Source: an uncultured Verrucomicrobiae bacterium
GTDB lineage: Bacteria; Verrucomicrobiota; Verrucomicrobiia; Chthoniobacterales; Chthoniobacteraceae
Length of the DNA stretch: 64,000 nt
Assembly: GCA_963769025.1 (NCBI GenBank)
Contig: CAVYKI010000003.1
Coordinates: 160,001 to 224,000, forward strand
Direction: 5' to 3'
The translations under genes and the position numbers were made by a program. The notes beneath the pieces were generated by a model. The model was not told where the DNA came from and did not search any database. It saw nothing but the letters and a program-made list of their open reading frames with translations. Position 1 is the first letter of the stretch. Each line of letters starts with the position of its first letter. Shown here piece after piece: positions 11,177 to 19,873 of this stretch.

Positions 11177-11257
11177 ACACGCATCGCGCATCGGGCGCAC
11201 GGGGATGCCACGCTGCGCAAACATTCAGGTGGCGAAACCGCGCCTCACCGCGCCGGC

Positions 11258-12397
11258 TCAGGACTGCGGGAGCTGCTTGAGGACCGCTTCCAATTCCTGC
11301 AACGCCGCGGCGAACTTCGACGGCTCGAAGTCCTCCTGTTCACGCGCCTGCCGGAAGACGGCATCAATCGACTTCTCGAATGCCGGCGCCTCCGTTCCGC
11401 CTTCCTTTTTCCACGCCGCCCACAGCCGGTTGATCGCCGGCGCGAGCACTTCCGCCCGCCTCCGATGTTCCGCCTTCCCGAGCTTCGCGTCGCCAAATTC
11501 CGAGTGGGCCGCGACGTAGGCCTTCAGCTGGGACATGAGCTGACTCCGCGTCCATTTCGTCCGCGACGCTTCGCGCGCGAGGCGATCCGCGGCGGATTTC
11601 ATCGCGGCGAAATCCTCCCCTCCCGTGAGTTCCTTTTTTCCGGAATCGGTCTTGCGCAGCAGCCACACGAGCGCGTTCCAACGCACGACCAGGTGCTCGT
11701 CCCGCTGTGTCCCGAGCTTCCAGCTCATCTCGCGAAGGGCGACCGCCTGGCCCGTCAGCCATGAACGCGGCCCGATCGACGGCCGCTCGTCCTTGTAGTG
11801 CGGAGGCTGCGCGACCGACTGCCCGTCGAGTTCAAAATAGAGTTCCGGGTGCCCCGCGCGCCGGATCGGCTCGTCGAGATTCAGGTGGCAGGCGACGCAC
11901 ACGTTGGCCCGGCCATGGATGTCGTTCATGTCGCGCAGCCCGAGGCCGACGATTTGATGATACGTGACGTCCGTCCTCGTGTGGAAACGCAGCCACGCCT
12001 CCGCCGGCCCGTGGCAAGCCTCGCAGCTCACTCCGCGATCCGCCTTCGGCAGCCCCTTCACCAGCCGCTCCGGCGCGACGGCCTCCATCGGCGAATGGCA
12101 CACGGTGCATTGCGCCGCCTTGCCGGGGTCGCCCGTGATGCCGAGCGCCTCGGCGATGCGCAGCGAGGTTCCTTTTGCCAGAATGCCAGCAGCCACCGCG
12201 TGCCGGTCCTTTCGCTCGAAAATGAGCGATTCATTGTGCCCCTTGCCGCCGCCGTGGCAGCTCGACGAGGCGCACGATTGCGCTCCCGTGAAATGCGCCT
12301 TCGCGATTGCCAGTTCATCCGCCGCGCACACCGGTGTCGGAAGGGCGCGCGAAAGGCTGGCGATGATGACGGCCGGGAGTATGCGTCGGAGTGCCAC
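11258..12397 (-). CDS. Cytochrome c554-like tetraheme protein
   Basis: Signal peptide; CASSSCH (CX4CH), CTVCH, GVSCEACHGPA, CVACH; AGHP motif. Confidence 0.8.
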   Translation of the reverse strand: MALRRILPAVIIASLSRALPTPVCAADELAIAKAHFTGAQSCASSSCHGGGKGHNESLIFERKDRHAVAAGILAKGTSLRIAEALGITGDPGKAAQCTVCHSPMEAVAPERLVKGLPKADRGVSCEACHGPAEAWLRFHTRTDVTYHQIVGLGLRDMNDIHGRANVCVACHLNLDEPIRRAGHPELYFELDGQSVAQPPHYKDERPSIGPRSWLTGQAVALREMSWKLGTQRDEHLVVRWNALVWLLRKTDSGKKELTGGEDFAAMKSAADRLAREASRTKWTRSQLMSQLKAYVAAHSEFGDAKLGKAEHRRRAEVLAPAINRLWAAWKKEGGTEAPAFEKSIDAVFRQAREQEDFEPSKFAAALQELEAVLKQLPQS

Positions 12398-12657
12398 GGT
12401 GCGCGCTTCTACCAGTTCCCGCAGTGAAGTCGAACACGGAAAACCTCGGAGCGCGGGTGCATCGGTCGCTGCGCGCTGCGATTCCGCACTGGCACCGCAC
12501 TCGCGCGCCTGTTACGAAGCCCGGCGTCCGATTCCATGGCCAAGACTCCACAGAACCTCGCGAACGGAGAACCCTCGAACGGGGAGGAAGGGAAGCCCGC
12601 CGCGTCCATGCGATTGGAACGGATGCGGAATTCCGTCGTCCGCCACGCGACTGTGCC

Positions 12658-13596
12658 ATGAAAATCGACCGTTCTCACAGCCTCTGGATCCTCTTCGTCG
12701 TCCTCGCCACCTGCGGCGCGACTCTGCTGTACGTCGCGAACTTCTTCCCGCACCTCCTGCCGTTTCCGTTTCGGCTCCCCGCCATGCTCGGCAAGGCGCC
12801 GCCCTCGCACAACACCTACGGCGGCACGCCGCTCGGGTTGATTTTTGGCTCCGTCGCCTTCCTTATTTTTCTTTTCGCCTCCGCGCTCGGCATCCGGAAA
12901 AAGAAGCGCACGTGGCCCATCGGCAGCGTGCAGTTCTGGCTGAAAGGGCACATCTGGCTCACGATCCTCACCATCCCGCTCGTGCTCTTTCACTGCGGAT
13001 TCCACAGCGGCGGCATCCACACGAGCGCGCTCATGATCCTCTACGCCATCGTCATGGGCTCCGGATTTTTCGGCCTCGCGCTGCAGCAGTTCATGCCGCG
13101 CCTGATGCTGGAACGCCTGCCGCGCGAGGTGGTCTTCGAGCAGATCCCCTACCTCCGTAATCGCCTCCTCGAATCCGCGAACAAACTCCGCGACACCCTC
13201 GCGAAATCGCAACCCGTCACCGCAGCCGCGGGCTCGCAGCCGCAACCGCCTGCCGCCGTCGCGGACGATTCCTCCGTCCAGGTGCTCATCCGCTTTCTGG
13301 ATCGCGACTGTCTCCCTTACCTTTCCGCAAAACGCGGCACCCGCCATCCGCTCGGCGTCGAACAGATCGCGGCGAGCACGTTCAGCAGGCTGCGGATGAA
13401 TGTGGAGGAGCAATGGAAGCCGCGGGTGGACGCCATGCAAAACTGGTGCACCGACCGCCGGCTCATGGATCTCCAGACGAAACTCCAGCACTGGCTGCAC
13501 GGCTGGCTGCTCCTCCACGTGCCCACGTCGTTTGCGCTGCTCATCTTCACGGCATGGCACGCCGTCGTCGCCCTGCGTTTCATGCTGCCCGGGTAG
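12658..13596 (+). CDS. Polytopic membrane protein with His residues in or near TM helices (cytochrome b/ferric-reductase-like by inference)
   Basis: Several hydrophobic helices; WLKGHIWL, LFHCGF, WLLLHVP, AWHAVV. Confidence 0.65.
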   Translation: MKIDRSHSLWILFVVLATCGATLLYVANFFPHLLPFPFRLPAMLGKAPPSHNTYGGTPLGLIFGSVAFLIFLFASALGIRKKKRTWPIGSVQFWLKGHIWLTILTIPLVLFHCGFHSGGIHTSALMILYAIVMGSGFFGLALQQFMPRLMLERLPREVVFEQIPYLRNRLLESANKLRDTLAKSQPVTAAAGSQPQPPAAVADDSSVQVLIRFLDRDCLPYLSAKRGTRHPLGVEQIAASTFSRLRMNVEEQWKPRVDAMQNWCTDRRLMDLQTKLQHWLHGWLLLHVPTSFALLIFTAWHAVVALRFMLPG

Positions 13597-13605
13597 TTCA
13601 CGCGC

Positions 13606-15216
13606 ATGGACGGCAACTCTCCAACGCCAAAGCAGTCCTCCCAAAAGTATTGGGGCAATCTCGGCTACTTCCGGAAATCGCACTACATGCGCCGGCTCCG
13701 CGGCTGGTGCTTCGCGATCACCGCCCTCTGCGCGATCGTCGCGGCCGCGACCTATCACTACTGGGGCACCGGCCGGATTTTCAGCAAAGGTCCCATCTCG
13801 CAAAACCACGCGAGCTTCGCGAACGACTGCCGCGCCTGCCACATCGACGCGGAGATCGACACGCTCAAGGCCGCGCTTTCCGAAAGGCCGAGCGGCGCTT
13901 CGCTGCAGACGATCCTCACCGCGGGCAGTTCGCGCGATGGCAAGTCCGCCCACTGGCCGGCCGAGCGCTCCCGCATGGATGAGGCCTGCCTGAAGTGCCA
14001 CGCAAATACCGCCCTGCACGCCCCGCAAACCGCCGCGCTCGCGCTCCGCAACGTTTCCACCGAGATGGCGCAGGTGCATGCCACGCAATGTTTCACCTGT
14101 CACCGCGAGCATGTCGGCCATGGTGCGATCGTCCCTCCGGACCGCCAGACCTGCACGTCGTGTCACAACAGCGCCGAGGAACTCCGGCTCGCGCGCACCT
14201 CACTCCCGCTCAAAGGCCAGCCCGTCGCCGCGACCGGCGAAAATCGCGACCTCGGCGACGGATTGATCCGCTTTCTCGCGCCAGCGGAAAAATCGCGCCC
14301 GGTGAAGCCCTTCGCCGACTACACCGGGCATCCGCCGTTCAGCTACGAAAAGGCCGGCCTCCGCGATCCGGCGGACCTGAAATACAACCACGCACGCCAC
14401 GAGCGCGACGATGTCACCGTCCTCGGGCCGAACAAAAAGCTCGCCTGCGCCGACTGCCACACGCCCGGCCCCGGCGGCGCATACTACCAGCCAGTGAGCT
14501 ACGCGAAGCACTGCCAGCAATGCCACTCGCTGCAGATTCTCCCGGATTTGCCAAACCTGCTCATCCCGCACGGCGACGCGCAAAAGGTCCGCTATTTCCT
14601 CGCGAGCATCCGGGTGGCGATCGAGAACGCGCTCCGCGCCGAAGGCACCACCGACGCGGCGGAACTCTCCAAACGGGCGGAGACCGAACAGCAAACCCTG
14701 CGCAACCGCGGACTCGATACGCTCGTCGAACTCGAACAGCGCGTCTTTTTCGACGGCGACCCGAAGGACAGCCCGAACGACCGCCGCATGCGCGCCGGCA
14801 ACCGGAAATTCCTCACCGAATGCGCCAAATGCCACACGGTCAACCCGGCCGAGCCCGGCAAATCCCCGCGCGTGAACCCGCCCAACATGGCCGAGCGCTG
14901 GGTGCAGCGCGGCCCGTTCACTCATCTGCCGCATACACACATGGAATGCGCGGACTGCCACGCCACCGCGCACACGAGCAAGCTGACAAGCGACATCCTC
15001 ATGCCGCCGCAAAAACTCTGCGCCGAATGCCACCGTCCCCCGGCCACCCCAAGCCCGCTCGCGGTGGCCAGCTTCAAATCCCCCACCCCATCGACAGCCG
15101 CCGAAGCACTCGCAGCCAAACAGCGCCACAGCGGCGGCATCAAATGGGACTGCCAGAGCTGCCACGCATTCCACGCCCCGGCCGCCCCCAGCCCATCGGC
15201 CCCGGCGAATCGCTGA
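13606..15216 (+). CDS. Membrane-anchored decaheme cytochrome c (cytochrome c3-like)
   Basis: One N-terminal TM helix; 10 CxxCH motifs (CRACH, CLKCH, CFTCH, CTSCH, CADCH, CQQCH, CAKCH, CADCH, CAECH, CQSCH). Confidence 0.85.
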   Translation: MDGNSPTPKQSSQKYWGNLGYFRKSHYMRRLRGWCFAITALCAIVAAATYHYWGTGRIFSKGPISQNHASFANDCRACHIDAEIDTLKAALSERPSGASLQTILTAGSSRDGKSAHWPAERSRMDEACLKCHANTALHAPQTAALALRNVSTEMAQVHATQCFTCHREHVGHGAIVPPDRQTCTSCHNSAEELRLARTSLPLKGQPVAATGENRDLGDGLIRFLAPAEKSRPVKPFADYTGHPPFSYEKAGLRDPADLKYNHARHERDDVTVLGPNKKLACADCHTPGPGGAYYQPVSYAKHCQQCHSLQILPDLPNLLIPHGDAQKVRYFLASIRVAIENALRAEGTTDAAELSKRAETEQQTLRNRGLDTLVELEQRVFFDGDPKDSPNDRRMRAGNRKFLTECAKCHTVNPAEPGKSPRVNPPNMAERWVQRGPFTHLPHTHMECADCHATAHTSKLTSDILMPPQKLCAECHRPPATPSPLAVASFKSPTPSTAAEALAAKQRHSGGIKWDCQSCHAFHAPAAPSPSAPANR

Positions 15217-15238
15217 GACCGTTCAGCAAGGGGGCAAT

Positions 15239-17699
15239 TTACTTTTTCCCTGCCGCGCCTTCCATCACGCGGCGGAGCAGTTCCTCTCCGGTCATGCGTG
15301 AAGCGGCTTCGTGCGGGCAGGCGGAGACGCAGCGGGGTTCCGCCACTGCCAGCTTTCCCTCGGCGTCGCAGAGGTCGCAGGTGACGGCCTTTGGCTGCGC
15401 AAGCGAGAGCAGATGGTCGGGGTGATCGGGGTCCGGGAGTTCGACGCGGCGATGCTCGTTTGGCACCATCGTGATGTTGCCGTAGGGGCAGTTGTCCGCG
15501 CAGAGGCCGCAGCCGATGCAGTGATCCTCGATGACGATCTGGAGGTGTTTGCCGCGATGGATGGAATCGACGGGGCAGCCGATCATGCAGTGTGGGTCGG
15601 TGCAGGAGCGGCAGGCGGTGGCGACGGTGAAGCTCTCGAAGCGCACGCCGTCGCGGAGCATGCGCGTGACTGGGACGCCGTGCGAGTCTGTGCCGTGCTG
15701 CTGGACGCAGCCCTTCGTGCATTCGTCGCAACGCGTGCAGAGTTCCATGTCGAGCACGAGGAGCTTCCGCCCTTCGTAGAGGCCGTGCTCGACGTATTCG
15801 CGCAGCAGCGGGTGGCCCTCCACATTGCTGCGAAGCGCCGCGAGGGATTGCTCGACCAGGCGGCGCCGGAGGACGGGGAATTCGCGCACGAGCTGCAGGA
15901 AATCCGTGCGGCTGAGACGCGCCATTTCGAGCGGGCCGAGCGCCGAGCACGTGGCGTTGCGGAAGCCCGCGGGGACGGCATTGGCGAGGTCATCGCCTGC
16001 CGCATCGAGCGCGGCCGCGAGGGCGAGGTCCACTTCCTCGGCGGTCTTGCGGACATCCTGCGGAGAGATGGCGAGCAGGCTGATCTCGCCGAGGATGGCG
16101 CCGGGGCCGCGGGAAAGGACGCCGGTCTCCTTTCCAAAACGCCGGACGCCGACCCGCACGTGGCCGAGCCGGACGAGATACATGGCATTCGCGCGGTCGC
16201 CCTGCCGGAAAAGCGTCTGCCCGGGACTGACGCGCACGAAGGTGAGCCGCGGCCGGAGGAAATCGACGATGCTTTTGAACTCGTCCGCGCCGATGCCATC
16301 GAACAGATCGGCCCCCTGCAGCACGAGGTCGAGCGCGCGCTCGCGGTAGTCGGCCTCGAAGCGCTCGCGCTGGGACGGGAGCCGCATGAGGCGGTCGAGG
16401 ACGTTGCGCCGCACCTCCCACACTTCGGCGTCGCCGACCGCGTGCACGCTGGCCGTCCGCGGCGTCCCGCTCAGGCACGCCATCTCGCCGAAGATCATGT
16501 CTTCGGGGGTGAGCTGAAAATGCAGCGGCGACGCGTCCGGTTGCCGGACGGTGACCTCGAAGTTCCCGCTGCGGATGAGGAACGCGGTGTTGCCCGCGTC
16601 GCCCTGCCGGCACACGACCTGGCCCGCCTTCAGCCTGCGGCGAATGACGAGGCCCTGTTGCCAGAGGAGGAATTTCGGCGAGATGCCGGCGAAGGCCGGG
16701 TCGGAGATCAGTTCCGCGGGCGAGAGCACTTCCTTCGAATGATCGCCGGCGGGGATATTGATGCGCGCGCCGGTCTTGAACGTGATGGCGCTCGTCGGGC
16801 ACGAGACCATGCACTCGCCGCACTGCACGCAGCTCGAATTTCCCATCGGCTCGTTCAGGTCGAAGCTGATCCCGGCGGTCGCGCCCTTGCCGGTCCGGCC
16901 GATGACGTGATTCTCCTGCACCTCGTCGCACGCGCGCACGCAGCGGTCGCAGAGGATGCACGCCGAGTGATCCACGAGGAAGACGGGCGATGAGGCGTCC
17001 AGTGCGCGGCGTCCGACATTGGGCGCAGCGGCGGGCGGCGGATCCGAGAGGACATCGAGCGCGAGGCGCGACGGTTCCGCGCCGCAACGGTCGACCATCT
17101 GGCCGAGTTCGTTGAACGGCGCGAGTTCCTGATCCAGCGCGGGCGGCTCGAACGGCTTGAGATGATTCACCGCGAGCATTTCCGTCATCACTTTCACCGT
17201 CTGCCGCACGCGTTCGCCGTCCTTTCCCGGATCGTTCATCGTGAAGACTTCCATCCCCTCCTTCACCTGATGCTGGCACGCGGGGAGCAGCTTGCGCTCG
17301 GCGGCGCGCTTGCCGCGCTTTTGCCCGTAGATCTGCACGACGCACATGCGGCAGACCGCCACGGGCGTCATGTGCGGCAGATGGCACAGCGTCGGGATCG
17401 GGATCTTCGCCTCGTCGCCCGGCTGCTTCACGTAGAGCTTCACTCGCGGCGTCGTAGATGGTCGTGTAGCGCGGCGTCGTCCGCCCTTCGATGTCCAGCA
17501 CGATGTTGCCGTTCGCGTCCTTCAGCGGCTCGGCGAGCGGCACGGTCACGGACTGGCCGTCGATCTGGAGCGTGACGGTCTTGCCGTAGTCGCCCTCCGT
17601 CGGGGAATCGAGGCGGACGAGCTGGCCGTCGATGTCGCGGCTGAACAGCCCTTCGTCGTCATCGCGAATGAACAGGCCTTCCCCAAGTCCGGGAATCAT
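15239..17699 (-). CDS. Fusion of NuoG/FdhA-like [2Fe-2S] + 2x[4Fe-4S] module, two cNMP-binding domains and a DmsB/NrfC-like 4x[4Fe-4S] domain (frameshift near 17445)
   Basis: IPTLCH...CRMC...LLPAC; CILCDRCVRAC; CVQCGECMVSCP; FGEMACLSGTPRTASV; LGEISLL; CTRCDECTKGC, CRSCTDPHCMIGCP, CIGCGLCADNCP, CDLCD...CVSACP. Confidence 0.8.
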
Positions 17700-19751
17700 G
17701 GCGTGCCCTCCGTGCGTGTTCCCGATGGCGACAGGTGGCTCGCGACGTCATCGGGGAAAAAGGTGAGCGCCGTGAGCAGCGGCATCGGCACCGAGCGGCC
17801 GAGCCCGCAGATGGAAGCCAGCTCGATCGCCTTGCCCATTTCCTTGATGAGCGGGACGAGTTCATCGTTCCAGCGATCGGCGCTGATTTTTCCCGCGAGG
17901 AGGTGCGCGCCGAGCGACGCGAACTTCTGCGACCCGATCCGGCACGGGACGCATTTCCCGCACGACTCGTTGCGGAAAAATTCGATGGAATTGACGGCCT
18001 GCTCCACCATGTCGCGGCCCTCGGCATAGACGACGAGCCCGGCGCCGAGCGCCTGCGTGGGGCTCAGGCGCGCGGAACAGGTTCAGCTCGAGTTCCAGAT
18101 CGAGGATGTCGAGTTCCGTCGCCGCGGGATCGAATCCGCGGCGAGCCGCAAGCGCCTGCCACGCCTTGTTGTTCACATGGTCGCGCGGCAGGCCGTCGGG
18201 CGCGGTCAGCTTCGCGGGCAGAAAGCCGCCGGACGGTCCCGACGGCGCGAAGCCCTTGAGCGCCCGATCACCCGCGATGCCCTGGCAGTACTGCTCGCCG
18301 TGGATGAGTTCGCGCAGGGTCATTCCCATCGGCACCTCGTACACGCCGGGCCGCTTCACGTCGCCGGAGACGGAGAAAAAGCGCCGGCCCTGCCAGCCGT
18401 TCACGCCGAGCGCGGCGTAGGTCTTGCCGCCGTTGATGACGATGTACGGCACCCACGCGAAGGTCTCGACGTTGCTCACGAGCGTCGGGAGATCGTGCAG
18501 GCCGTTGGTCTCGAGCTTCGGCGGCATGTTGCGCGGCTCGCCGCGGCGATCGGACATCGCCTCGATGAGCGCGCTCTGCTCGCCGCAGATGTAGCCGCCG
18601 GGGCTGACGAAGACCGAAATCGGAAAAGGCCGGCCAAGCACCGACGCATTCGGCCCGCAGAATCCGAGCTTCGCCGCGCGCTCGATCTCGGCACGGCATG
18701 CCTCGATCTGCTCGTCGTATTCGTGGCGGATGTAGATGAACCCCTGCGTCGCCTCGGTGATGAGCCCGGCGAGGATCACGCCCTCGACGATCATGTGCGG
18801 CGCGCGGAGCAGCAGCTCGCGGTCCTTGAAGGTGGCCGGCTCGCTCTCGTCGCCATTGACGACGATGAACGCGCGCTCGTCCGTCTCCCGCTGCCGCGCC
18901 TTCCGGACCGCATCGCGCACATCGCGCCACTTTTGCGTCGCCGGGATGCCCGCGCCGCCCATGCCGCGAAGATCCGCGTCCTTGAGTTCATCGAGCAATG
19001 CGTCCGCCCATCCGCCGAGCGCCGCGCCCTTCGCCCAATCCGTCTCCGTCTGCCAGCACAGCACCGCGCCGGCGACCTCGGGCTCCATCGGGAAATCAAC
19101 GCGCATCTGGCGGATGCATCCCTGGCGAAATTCCTCCACGCGCTCCGAGCCCCATCCGGATTGTGTCTTGAGAGCCTCCGCGGCCGCCGCGAGCGACGTG
19201 TCGCGCGCCGCGATCGCCTTTCGCACACCGAGATACTCCGGCGTCTTGCCGCCGTACGGATCGATCATCCAATCCTTCGCCGCATAACCTTGGTCCGCAT
19301 CGTGATCAGGCTCGAGCGGCTCATCCCGCACGCACGCCTCGACCACGCCTCGCAACTCATCAGCCGAACGGCCAAGATAGTACTGCTCATGTCCCGAACC
19401 CTGCACGCTGACGCAAGCCGCCGGCGCCCGATCGCACCGGCCCACGCACGAGACTCCCTCGACCGCGACATGCTCACCGACGAGCGATTGCAACTCGCGC
19501 AGCACCGCTCCCGAACCCGCAAGATGGCAGGTCGTGTCCCGGCAAACGCGCAGGACGACCTTCTTCGGCGGCGAAAGCTGAAAGTGAGGGAAGAAACTCG
19601 CCACCGCCTGCAGGCGATACTGCGGCACGCCCGACTCGTCCGAAAACTGTTCGAGTGCCTCTTTTTTCAAGAACCCGAACTCCTCCTGAATCCGCTGCAA
19701 CGCAGGGACCAGCGTCGCGCCGTAAAGATTGAGAGTCGTCCCGGAGCTCAT
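17696..19751 (-). CDS. NuoE-NuoF fusion (HoxF-like NAD(P)H/FMN diaphorase subunit; frameshift near 18070)
   Basis: CRDTTC...CVGRC ([2Fe-2S]); LRGMGGAG, NGDESEPATFKDR, YICGEQSAL, SNVETF, ESCGKCVPCRIG...SICGLG. Confidence 0.85.
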
Positions 19752-19873
19752 CTTTTCACACTCACCGAACGGCGGTTCAGTGAAAAGAAAATGGTGCGGA
19801 AATCTTCACGGGATTCCGCCTTGGTCACCCCTTCGCACAATTTGAGTCTGCCGCGATCGCGGCGGAGGTCGCC

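Noticed and set aside
15239..19751. Hydrogenase, formate dehydrogenase or electron-bifurcating HydABC
   Set aside because: No H-cluster, NiFe or Mo-bisPGD domain. The NuoF part has DESEP/FKDR and lacks the C-terminal 2x[4Fe-4S] extension of HydB, despite a GPSGG motif.
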